From NCBI GenBank assembly GCA_963700145.1, contig OY969474.1, positions 5,376,001-5,440,000 of the forward strand: a stretch of 64,000 bases of DNA. The letters are read 5' to 3'. This stretch comes from an uncultured Acidobacteriota bacterium (GTDB lineage: Bacteria > Acidobacteriota > Thermoanaerobaculia > Multivoradales > UBA5704). Position numbers and translations under genes: made by a program. Shown here one piece after another: positions 56,357 through 64,000 of this stretch (positions are counted from its first letter, which is position 1; each line of letters begins with the position of its first letter). The notes under the pieces are model-generated. The model saw nothing but the letters and a program-made list of their open reading frames with translations. It was not told the DNA's origin and did not search any database.

Positions 56357-57760
56357 CTAACCGCTGTTCAGCTCGTAGCTCTCCAGATGCCGGGGGACGC
56401 TGACCTTCCAGCTGAGCTCGCGCCGCATGCGCTCCGCCAGCGCCGCCGCGGGGCCGGGCTCGCCGTGGACGACGAAGGCTCGCTTCGGCGTTCCCTCGGC
56501 GGTCCCCATCCAGCGCATCAGCTCGCCGGCGTCGGCGTGGGCGGAGAGGCCGTCGATCTTCTGCACCCGCGCCCGCACCGGCACGTCGCGGTGGAAGACC
56601 CGCAGCGTGGTCGCGCCGTCGAGGAGCTGGCGGCCGCGCGTGCCTTCGGCCTGGAAGCCGACGAAGAGGATCGTGCTGCGGGGGTCGGGCAGGCGGTGGA
56701 TCAGGTGGTGGAGCACCCGCCCGCCGGTGAGCATGCCGGCGCCGGCGATGATGACGAGCGGCCCGGGCATCGAGTTGAGCGCCATCGACTCGTTGCGCAT
56801 CTTGGTGAAGTGGACGCTGCCGCCGCCGCGCAGCGGCGAGCGCCCCGCCGCCACGACCTCGCGCATCGCCTCGTCGAACTCCGCCGGGTGGCGGCGATAG
56901 ATGCCGGTCGCCTCGATCCCCATCGGGCTGTCGATGTAGACCGGCAGGCGCGGCACCCGCCCGGCGTGCTCCAGCTCGCCCAGGTGGTAGAGGAGGTCCT
57001 GCGTGCGGCCGACGGCGAAGGCCGGCACGACGATCGCGCCGCCGCGCTCGACCGCCTCGCCGACCGCCCGCTCGAGCTGGTCCTCGATCGGCTCGCGCGA
57101 GTGCTCGCGGTCGCCGTAGGTGGACTCGACGACCAGCGCGTCGGGCGCCTTGCCGATCGCGGTCGGGTCGTCGAGGATCGGCGCGCCGTAGCGCCCGACG
57201 TCCCCCGAGAAGAGGAGACGCAGCCGCCCGCCGCCGTCCGGCGCCGCCAGCTCCAGGTGCGCGGCGCCGAGCAGGTGCCCGGCGGTGCGGTAGGTCGCCT
57301 GCCAGCCCGGCAGGGGCGCGAACTCCTCGTCGAAGCTCACGGTCCGCACCGCCTTCGCCGCCGCCCGCCCCTCGGCCTCGGTGAAGAGCGGCTGCGCCGG
57401 CCGGTGGCGCGTGATCCCCTTCTCATTGCGGTAGGAGGCTTCCTCTTCTTGCAGCTTCCCAGCGTCGGCGAGCAGCACCACCATGAGGTCGGCGGTCGGG
57501 CGGGTGGCGAAGACCGGCCCGCGGAAGCCGTCGCGCAGGAGCCTGGGCAGGTAGCCGGTGTGGTCGAGGTGCGCGTGGGTCAGCACCACGGCGTCGATCG
57601 CTTCCGGCGCCACCGGCAGCTTCTCCCAGTTCCGCTGCCGCAGCTCGGGCAGCCCCTGGAAGAGCCCGCAGTCCACGAGCACCCGCGCCCCCCCGGCCTC
57701 GACCAGGTGCTTCGAGCCGGTCACCGTCCCGGCGGCGCCGAGGAACTGGAGCTTCGCCAT
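56357..57760 (-). CDS. MBL-fold beta-CASP ribonuclease
   Basis: LTHAHLDHTG, AGHLLG, FSGD, ESTYG, FAVGRTQ, SAHAD, VHGE. Confidence 0.92.
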   Translation of the reverse strand: MAKLQFLGAAGTVTGSKHLVEAGGARVLVDCGLFQGLPELRQRNWEKLPVAPEAIDAVVLTHAHLDHTGYLPRLLRDGFRGPVFATRPTADLMVVLLADAGKLQEEEASYRNEKGITRHRPAQPLFTEAEGRAAAKAVRTVSFDEEFAPLPGWQATYRTAGHLLGAAHLELAAPDGGGRLRLLFSGDVGRYGAPILDDPTAIGKAPDALVVESTYGDREHSREPIEDQLERAVGEAVERGGAIVVPAFAVGRTQDLLYHLGELEHAGRVPRLPVYIDSPMGIEATGIYRRHPAEFDEAMREVVAAGRSPLRGGGSVHFTKMRNESMALNSMPGPLVIIAGAGMLTGGRVLHHLIHRLPDPRSTILFVGFQAEGTRGRQLLDGATTLRVFHRDVPVRARVQKIDGLSAHADAGELMRWMGTAEGTPKRAFVVHGEPGPAAALAERMRRELSWKVSVPRHLESYELNSG

Positions 57761-57764
57761 GGGT

Positions 57765-58364
57765 TCAGCCGGACGCGCGCGCGGCCAGCAGCTCCTCCAA
57801 GTCTCCCGCGAGATCCTTCCCGCGATCGAAGCCACGCTCGGTGATGAGCCGGACCGCGCCGCGGGCGTCCTCGAGGTCAGCCGGCCCGGCGGTCTTGAGC
57901 AGCGCGACGAGATCCCACTGATCTTGGGGGCGGTCCGGACTGCGGGAGAGCAGCTTGAGCGCGAGCAAGTGACCCCTTCGCGCGACGCGGACGCGGAGGC
58001 CGAGCACGGACTCCACCCACTCTGCTCCGGCGACGACTTCCGGTTCGATCCCGGAGGAGGCGAAGAGCAGGTCCAGGAAAAGCCCCGCTTCGGATTCGCC
58101 GGGGAACAAGAGGCGCGCGGTCGCGAGGCGGCCGACAACTTCTTGCTCGACCAGCGCGTCGAGCTGGAAGCCGCGACGGATCAACGCCGCGGTGACTTGC
58201 TCCGCGGCGTCGTCTCCAGTGACGGCGAGAGCGAGATCGACGTCGCGGGTGAAGCGCGGCTCGGCACGCACCGAGACCGCGAGGCCTCCCACCAGCGCCC
58301 ACTCGTGTTCCAGGTCGCGAAGCGCCGCCGCAGCCTGTTGCAACGCCGCGCCGAGGCGGCTCAC
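57765..58364 (-). CDS. menT1: MenT1-like nucleotidyltransferase toxin
   Basis: WALVGGLAVS.R.EPRFTRDVD, DLLFAS.GIEPE, LKLL...RPQD..DL, LIT.RGF.R match my recollection of M. tuberculosis MenT1 (Rv0078A). Confidence 0.82.
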   Translation of the reverse strand: MSRLGAALQQAAAALRDLEHEWALVGGLAVSVRAEPRFTRDVDLALAVTGDDAAEQVTAALIRRGFQLDALVEQEVVGRLATARLLFPGESEAGLFLDLLFASSGIEPEVVAGAEWVESVLGLRVRVARRGHLLALKLLSRSPDRPQDQWDLVALLKTAGPADLEDARGAVRLITERGFDRGKDLAGDLEELLAARASG

Positions 58365-58582
58365 GCGCCGCGCGGCCAGCGGACCACGCGGCCCGGCGCG
58401 TCGCCGTGCTCGGCGCCCGGCCGCTCGCGCAGCCAGGCGGCCAGCAGGCGTTCGATCTCCGCCTCCCCGGCCCCGGGGTGTTGCCGCCGGAGGTTCTCCC
58501 GCATGAGCTGCTCGCCGGCCTCGTAGAGGTCGAGGGCGGTCTGGAGCCGCTCGGCGAGGAGCTCTGCAGGCGAGCTGGACAT
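58361..58582 (-). CDS. menA1: MenA1-like antitoxin
   Basis: L..ALD.YE.GEQ, P.A...EIE, AW...RPGAE.GD..G match my recollection of MenA1 (Rv0078B); overlaps the toxin start. Confidence 0.8.
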   Translation of the reverse strand: MSSSPAELLAERLQTALDLYEAGEQLMRENLRRQHPGAGEAEIERLLAAWLRERPGAEHGDAPGRVVRWPRGA

Positions 58583-58601
58583 GCTCTAAGTCTACCTCTG
58601 C

Positions 58602-60140
58602 CTACCGGTTCCGCCCGTACTGCTCGTGGCTCGACACCCAGTCGAGCGACGAGATCGCCGCCCCCAGCGAGATTTCTCCCGCCAGCGCCACTCCCGCCAC
58701 GATCTCGGCGAGCTTCTTGACCTTCCCCTTGCCGACGCACCCCAGGATCTCCAGGCACTCGCGCTGGGTCGGCAGCGCCGTGCCGCCGCCGTGGGTGGCG
58801 ACGATGAGCGAGGGGATGGTGAGCGACATGTAGAAGTCCCCCTTGGGCGTCACCTCGGTGTAGAGGATGCCGGCCGAGGATTCCGAGACGTTCGCCACGT
58901 CCTGGCCGGTGGCGATGAACATGGCGGTGATGCCGTTGGGCGAGTGGCAGCCGTTGTTGTTGGCGCCCGACATGAAGGCGCCGACGTTGGCGACGTTGGA
59001 GTGGAAGTGCAGGGTCTCGGGATCGACCCGCATGTGCTGGACGAGGACGTCGCGCGGGATGACGCACTCGGCCGTCACCCGCTTGCCGCGGGTGCGCATG
59101 ATGTTGACCTGCGAGGCCTTCTTGTCGGTGGCGAAGTTGGACTCCAGGTAGAAATGCCGGATGTTCGGCGCGTTCTCGAGGATCCAGGAGCAGGCGGCGA
59201 AGGTGGCGCGACCGACCATGTTCTGGCCGGCGGCGTCGCCGGTCGTGTAGTTGAAGCGCAGGAAGACGAAGCGGTTCGAGAGGTAGCGGTCGATGTAGGT
59301 CAGCTTGGCGACGCTGGAGGTCGCCTCGGCCTGCTCGCGGATCTCGTCCATGTGCTCGTCGATCCAGCGTCCGAAGTCCCGCCCCTGCCGCGCGTCGTCG
59401 AAGACGAAGACCGGCGCGCGCTGCATCTTGTCGCCGACCACCGTGCACATCACGCCGCCCGAGAGGTTGAGCACCTTGATGCCGCGGTTGTAGGAGGCGA
59501 CGAGGGTGCCCTCGGCGGTGGCGAGCGGCACCAGGAACTCCCCCTGCGCGTGCTCGCCGTTGACCTTGATCGGCCCGGCGAAGCCGATCGGCACCTGCGC
59601 CACGCCGGTGAAGTTCTCGATGTTGCCCTTGGTGGCCGACGGGTCGAAGGAGAACTTGTCGATGTGCTGGAGCTTGACGCCGGCGTACTCCTCGACGAAG
59701 CGCTGCCGCTGCGCGACGATCTCGCGGCTGTAGTCGTTCTCCTTGTCGTGGGGGACGCTGGTGCGCTTGGCCGGCTCCTCGGCGATCGCGTCCTTGACCT
59801 TGAAGGCGAGCGAGCCGAAGGGCGTGGCCTCGAAGGCGAGCGCGATCTCGTGCGGCCCCTTGGGCAGCGGATCGATGCCGGCGCGGATGCGCACCACGCG
59901 CGACAGCGGGAAGGGGATGGCGTTCGCCGCCGTCACCTGCGCCGCCGGCAGCGACTGGCCGTCGAAGTCGAGGGTGAGCCGCGACGGCGGTACCTCGCGG
60001 CCGTCCACGCGCACCTCGGCGATGCGCGTCACGGTGGCGTCCGAGAGGCGGTTCTTGAGGGCGAAGCGGACGCCGTCCTCGTGGTTCTCGAGGCTGCCGA
60101 GCGTGTAGAGCTGCTTGAGGATGAGGCCGGGGATCTTCAT
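58602..60140 (-). CDS. hmgA: Class I HMG-CoA reductase with extra N-terminal beta-rich domain
   Basis: NIEN, PLATAEG.LVAS, TGDAAGQNM, TDKK, ATGQD.A, GEIS, C-terminal catalytic His. Confidence 0.88.
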   Translation of the reverse strand: MKIPGLILKQLYTLGSLENHEDGVRFALKNRLSDATVTRIAEVRVDGREVPPSRLTLDFDGQSLPAAQVTAANAIPFPLSRVVRIRAGIDPLPKGPHEIALAFEATPFGSLAFKVKDAIAEEPAKRTSVPHDKENDYSREIVAQRQRFVEEYAGVKLQHIDKFSFDPSATKGNIENFTGVAQVPIGFAGPIKVNGEHAQGEFLVPLATAEGTLVASYNRGIKVLNLSGGVMCTVVGDKMQRAPVFVFDDARQGRDFGRWIDEHMDEIREQAEATSSVAKLTYIDRYLSNRFVFLRFNYTTGDAAGQNMVGRATFAACSWILENAPNIRHFYLESNFATDKKASQVNIMRTRGKRVTAECVIPRDVLVQHMRVDPETLHFHSNVANVGAFMSGANNNGCHSPNGITAMFIATGQDVANVSESSAGILYTEVTPKGDFYMSLTIPSLIVATHGGGTALPTQRECLEILGCVGKGKVKKLAEIVAGVALAGEISLGAAISSLDWVSSHEQYGRNR

Positions 60141-60269
60141 CGCGGGACGCAGTGTATCGCCGTGCCGGGGCGGCTTGTCAGGCCGCCGCCAAGCGCCGCC
60201 GCCCGGGGACGGGCGGCTTGTCCTCCTCCGGCCTCTTCCGTGCACCTTCAATAGCGAAAGGAGACCTGC

Positions 60270-60833
60270 ATGAGGCGAAACGCCAAACTGCTCCTGTTGC
60301 TCTGTGTCCTCCTCTCCCTGCCCGCCACCGTCACCGCCTCCACCTTCATCCACATGACCCCGCGGCAGCTCATCGCCGAGTCGGCCGCGGTCGTGCTGGG
60401 CGAGGTGCTCACCGTCAACTCCTACTGGGACGCCTCGGGGCAGATCATCGAGACCGAGGCCCTCGTGCGGGTGCACGAGACCCTGATCGGCGACGTCGGC
60501 GCGGTCGCCGTCGTCCGCACCTGGGGCGGCACGGTGGGCGGCTACACCATCGAGGCCCACGGCTTCCCCGAGTTCCAGGTCGGCGCGCGGGTTTTGCTCT
60601 TCCTCAGCGACGAGCGGAACGGCGCCGCGCAGGTCGTCGGCTACCGGCTCGGCCAGTACCGGATCGGGCACGACCGCAACGGCGCCGAGGTGGCGATCCC
60701 GACCTTCGAGGCCGCCAGCGCCGGTCTCGTCGCCCGCGAGGGCCAGGCGGCGCCGCCGCGCCCCTACCGCCTCGAAGAGTTCAAGACCTTCCTGCGCGCC
60801 GAGGCGGCGCGCACGGCACGTCACGCGCACTGA
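60270..60833 (+). CDS. Secreted hypothetical protein (possible stand-alone protease pro-domain)
   Basis: Signal peptide; L...S..VV.G.V...I.T...V.V, GG.VG, G.P.F..G..VLLFL. Confidence 0.75.
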   Translation: MRRNAKLLLLLCVLLSLPATVTASTFIHMTPRQLIAESAAVVLGEVLTVNSYWDASGQIIETEALVRVHETLIGDVGAVAVVRTWGGTVGGYTIEAHGFPEFQVGARVLLFLSDERNGAAQVVGYRLGQYRIGHDRNGAEVAIPTFEAASAGLVAREGQAAPPRPYRLEEFKTFLRAEAARTARHAH

Positions 60834-60852
60834 TCCGGAGGGGAACCGAGCC

Positions 60853-61485
60853 ATGAAGACCAACCGACTCCTGTCCACCCTCTCCCTGGCGGTGGTGCTC
60901 GCCCTGATCGCGACGACCGTCTCCGCCTACGTGCTGCTCTCGCCCCGCCGCACCTGGGACTCCGCGCCCAACTACCGCGTCGACAACCGCGGCCAGGCGT
61001 CGATCACCGGCACCGACAAGGGCCGCAACGCCACCCGCAACGCCATCACCTCCTCGGCGGCCTGGAACGGCGCGCCGACCGAGCGCAACCCGGTGATCAA
61101 CGCGACGGTGTCTTCCGTCTCCGGCTTCTCGCTCGGCGACGGCGTGCCGATGCTCAACTTCACCGACCCTACCGGCGCCTGCAACGGCAACTGCCTCGCC
61201 GCGACGTTCACCGGCTACTACCAGTCGCGCGGCAACGGCACCTACCGCATCTACGACGCCGACATCGTCACCAACACCGCCCACAACTGGGCCGACTCGG
61301 CCGATCCCTGCTCGGGCCAGGAGTTCCGGATCGAAGGCGTGATGGTGCACGAGATCGGCCACGGCCTCGGCCTCGGCCACACCAGCGTCTCGGGCGCCAC
61401 GATGTTCCCGTCGGTCTCGGCCTGCAACAACGGTCCGGCCTCGACGGAGACGGACGACGAGAACGGGATCGATAATTTGTATTAG
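60853..61485 (+). CDS. Secreted matrixin (M10-like) zinc metalloprotease
   Basis: HEIGHGLGLGH and Met-turn ATMFP. Confidence 0.9.
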   Translation: MKTNRLLSTLSLAVVLALIATTVSAYVLLSPRRTWDSAPNYRVDNRGQASITGTDKGRNATRNAITSSAAWNGAPTERNPVINATVSSVSGFSLGDGVPMLNFTDPTGACNGNCLAATFTGYYQSRGNGTYRIYDADIVTNTAHNWADSADPCSGQEFRIEGVMVHEIGHGLGLGHTSVSGATMFPSVSACNNGPASTETDDENGIDNLY

Positions 61486-61525
61486 TACGCCGTATTCGTA
61501 GCTCTTCCCGGTGTCCCCGTCGCCG

Positions 61526-62320
61526 CTACCTGCGCACGGCCCTGCGCAGGCGGCGGTAGACGGGGCCTGGGGTCCAGCGCAGCTCGCCGATCCGGCCGAC
61601 GGGTAGCACGCCGACCAGGCTGTTCGTCAGCAGCACCTCGCTGGCGGCCGGGAGGTCGTCGTCGAAGACCTCCCCCTCCTCGATCAGCCCGGCCTCCAGC
61701 AGGCGGCGGCGGACGGTGCCGGGGACGCAGCCTTCGGCGGCCGGCGGCGTGTAGGCCCGGCCCTGCTCCAGCACCAAGACGACGTTGCTGCGCGAGCCCT
61801 CCATGAGCAGGCCCTCCTGGTCGAGCAGCAAGGCCTCCCAGGCGCCGGCGGCGCGGGCGCGGCCCAGCGCCAGGGCGTGCGCGCCGTAGGAGAGGCTCTT
61901 GAGGCCGGTGAGCGCGCCGCGCGCCTCCAGTCGCAGGTCGTGGAGCACCACGGCGGCGACGCCCTCGCGGACCATCGCCCGCGACGGCGGCTCGTAGGGC
62001 ACGGCGGTGACCAGGCGCGTCGGCACCCCGGCGACGCCGCGCGTCACCGTGATCCGCAGCCGCGCCGCCGGCCGCGGCGCCGCCTTGGCCACCGCCCGCA
62101 CCGCCGCCGCCAGCGCCCGCCGCGGCTCGGGGATCTCGAGGTCGATGCGCGGCAGGCTGTCCAGCAAGCGGTCGAGGTGGGCGTCGAGGTCGCGCACGCG
62201 GCCGCCGTCGACGCGCAGGGTCTCGAAGAGGCCGTCGCCGTGCAGGAACCCGGCGTCGTCGGGCGAGAGCGCCACCTCCTCCGCCGCGACCAGCCGGCCG
62301 TTCCACCAGGCCGCGCTCAC
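61526..62320 (-). CDS. pabC: Aminodeoxychorismate lyase / class IV aminotransferase
   Basis: GDGLFETLR, HLDRL, LKSL, EGSRSN, PGTVR, TNSL. Confidence 0.82.
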   Translation of the reverse strand: MSAAWWNGRLVAAEEVALSPDDAGFLHGDGLFETLRVDGGRVRDLDAHLDRLLDSLPRIDLEIPEPRRALAAAVRAVAKAAPRPAARLRITVTRGVAGVPTRLVTAVPYEPPSRAMVREGVAAVVLHDLRLEARGALTGLKSLSYGAHALALGRARAAGAWEALLLDQEGLLMEGSRSNVVLVLEQGRAYTPPAAEGCVPGTVRRRLLEAGLIEEGEVFDDDLPAASEVLLTNSLVGVLPVGRIGELRWTPGPVYRRLRRAVRR

Positions 62321-63771
62321 CAGGCGCCGGCCTCCGGCAGGCCCAGCGCGGCGAGGAAGGCGCGCGCCTTGACCCGCGTCTCCTCGAGCTCCGCCTCGGG
62401 GTCGGAGTCGGCGACGATCCCGCCCCCGGTGTGGTAGGCCACCCGGCCGCGCGCCGCGACGGCGGTGCGGATGGCGACCGCGAGGTCCAGCTCGCCGGAC
62501 AGCGCGATCCGCCCGACCGCGCCCATCGCCGGCCCCCGCCGCCGCTCCTCCTCGGCCGCCGCCACCGCCACGGCGCGGATCTTGGGCGCGCCGCTGATCG
62601 AGGCCGGCGGGAAGCTGGCGCGCAGCAGGTCGGCGGCGTTGGTCCCCGGAGCGAGCCGGGCGCGCACCCGCGAGACGGTGTGGTGCAGCGTCGGCAGGGT
62701 CATCAGCTCGGCGTGCGCCGCCACCTCGACGCTGCCGGTGACGGCCACCCGCCCGAGGTCGTTGCGCACCACGTCCACGATCATCGCCAGCTCGGCCCGG
62801 TCTTTGGCGCTCTCCAGGAGCTCGCGCGCCAGAGCCGCGTCGCTCCGCCGGTCGGCGCCGCGCGGCCGCGTCCCTTTGATCGGCCGCGACTCGACGACCC
62901 CGTCGCGCACCGCCAGGAAGCACTCCGGCGAGACCGAGAGGAGAGCGCGGGCGCGTCGCGGCGTCGAGAGGTCGAGGCAGGCGGCGTAGTCGGCCGGGCT
63001 CGCCGCCCGCAGCCGCTGCCAGAGCGGCCAGACGGCGCGCCGCGCCAGCCGCGTCTCCAGCCGCCGGCAGAGGTTGACCTGGAAGATCTCGCCGGCGGCG
63101 ATGCGGCCGACAGCCCGCGCCACGGCGTCGGCGAAGCCGGAGGGGAGGGGGCGGCTGCGCAGCGGTGGGCGGGCGAGCGGGCCTTCCGGCGGCGCCTCCG
63201 CCGCGCGGCGCGCCAGCCGCTGGAGGAGCCGCTCGGCGCCGATCCGAGCGTCGCCGCCCGGGGCCGGCCAGGCGTCGGTGCTGTCGAGCGTCCAGCCGCG
63301 GGCGTCGCGGCGCAGGGCGGTGGGGTAGAGGGCCAGGTGGAGGTCGGGCAGACCGAGGTCGTCCGCCGGGGGCGGCGGCAGCTCCTCGAGCTCCCAGGTC
63401 AGCTCGTAGCCGAGGAAGCCGACCAGCTCGCCGCCGGCGCCGCCCCAGGCGGCGAGCGCGGCGTCCAGGAGGTCGAGACCGCGCGCGGCAAAGGCGGCGC
63501 GGCCGCCCGGCCCGTCCACCGTCGCCCGCCCGTTGCGCGCCGTGAGGACGGCGAGCGGCCGCGAGTAGAGGCGGGCGCCCCCCCAGCCGGCGCCGTCCAG
63601 CCAGGCGAATCCCGGCTCCTGCCGCAGCTCCTCGGCCGCCGGCTCGACGGCGGCGGTGCCGGCGAGCGGCGTCTTGGCGCCGCGCGCCGCCGGCCGCGGC
63701 GGCGGCAGCAGCGCGCGCAGGCGGTCGGCCAGCCGCGCCCGCCGCGCCGCGGTCGGCCGGTCAGACCACAC
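62317..63771 (-). CDS. pabB: Aminodeoxychorismate synthase component I
   Basis: GEIFQVNL, SPE.FL, RPIKGT, KDRAELAMIVD..RNDLGR, SISGAPK, AIRT, GGGIVADS. Confidence 0.88.
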   Translation of the reverse strand: MWSDRPTAARRARLADRLRALLPPPRPAARGAKTPLAGTAAVEPAAEELRQEPGFAWLDGAGWGGARLYSRPLAVLTARNGRATVDGPGGRAAFAARGLDLLDAALAAWGGAGGELVGFLGYELTWELEELPPPPADDLGLPDLHLALYPTALRRDARGWTLDSTDAWPAPGGDARIGAERLLQRLARRAAEAPPEGPLARPPLRSRPLPSGFADAVARAVGRIAAGEIFQVNLCRRLETRLARRAVWPLWQRLRAASPADYAACLDLSTPRRARALLSVSPECFLAVRDGVVESRPIKGTRPRGADRRSDAALARELLESAKDRAELAMIVDVVRNDLGRVAVTGSVEVAAHAELMTLPTLHHTVSRVRARLAPGTNAADLLRASFPPASISGAPKIRAVAVAAAEEERRRGPAMGAVGRIALSGELDLAVAIRTAVAARGRVAYHTGGGIVADSDPEAELEETRVKARAFLAALGLPEAGAW

Positions 63772-63792
63772 GGACCGCGCCCGCGGCGCGCC

Positions 63793-63999
63793 TCAAGAGA
63801 TCACCAGCAGGCGGCTCTCCTTGACCACCCACCGCCCGGCCTCGCGGGCGGCGCGGAAGCTCTCGGTCGAGGAGCTCAGGTTCCCTTCGTGGTAGCCGCC
63901 GATGGCCTCCACCTCGTCCTCCGACAGCCATTTCACCGACTTGACCTGGAAGGTGAGGATGCCCTCGCCGCCCGGGCAGTCCGGCTCGCCGTAGACCGG
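63793..63999 (-). CDS. Hypothetical protein, C-terminal part only (runs off window)
   Basis: Open frame ...VEAIGGYHEGNLSSSTESFRAAREAGGWVVKESRLLVIS-stop with host-like codons. Confidence 0.6.
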   Translation of the reverse strand, partial: PVYGEPDCPGGEGILTFQVKSVKWLSEDEVEAIGGYHEGNLSSSTESFRAAREAGRWVVKESRLLVIS

Positions 64000-64000
64000 C

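Overview
GC-rich bacterial chromosomal window. The duplicated-MacB 'orphan' permease, ECF/Ser-Thr kinase module and lineage-type secreted proteins suggest Acidobacteriota (Thermoanaerobaculia-like); this is inference. The backbone is housekeeping: nadABC, lipA, marR-arsM, arfB, xth, a TonB receptor with HK-RR-GGDEF/EAL, S8/S9/matrixin peptidases, msrA, rhombosortase plus its GlyGly-CTERM target, clpB-cbpA (heavily frameshifted, probably sequencing error), hemBL, class I HMG-CoA reductase and pabBC. Accessory or unusual elements: (1) integron gene cassettes with a canonical attC inserted just after the nadC stop codon at an attI-like site, with no integrase in the window; (2) two unrelated arrays with strict 21-bp phasing (22628-23340, core (C/A)GGAC; 51457-51657, palindrome GAGATNNATCTC plus 9-nt variable spacers), each beside lower-GC accessory genes; (3) a DUF262 + HEPN-like candidate defence pair next to a decayed RelBE-type module; (4) a Get3/ArsA ATPase pair - PhaR-like - phasin - patatin cluster with a triple palindromic operator; (5) a REP-like palindrome family, one copy of which lies in frame inside nadB; (6) a MenA1-MenT1-like toxin-antitoxin pair directly upstream of a beta-CASP RNase. 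No CRISPR array, rRNA or tRNA was recognised. All family calls come from motif recognition by eye; no database searches were run.
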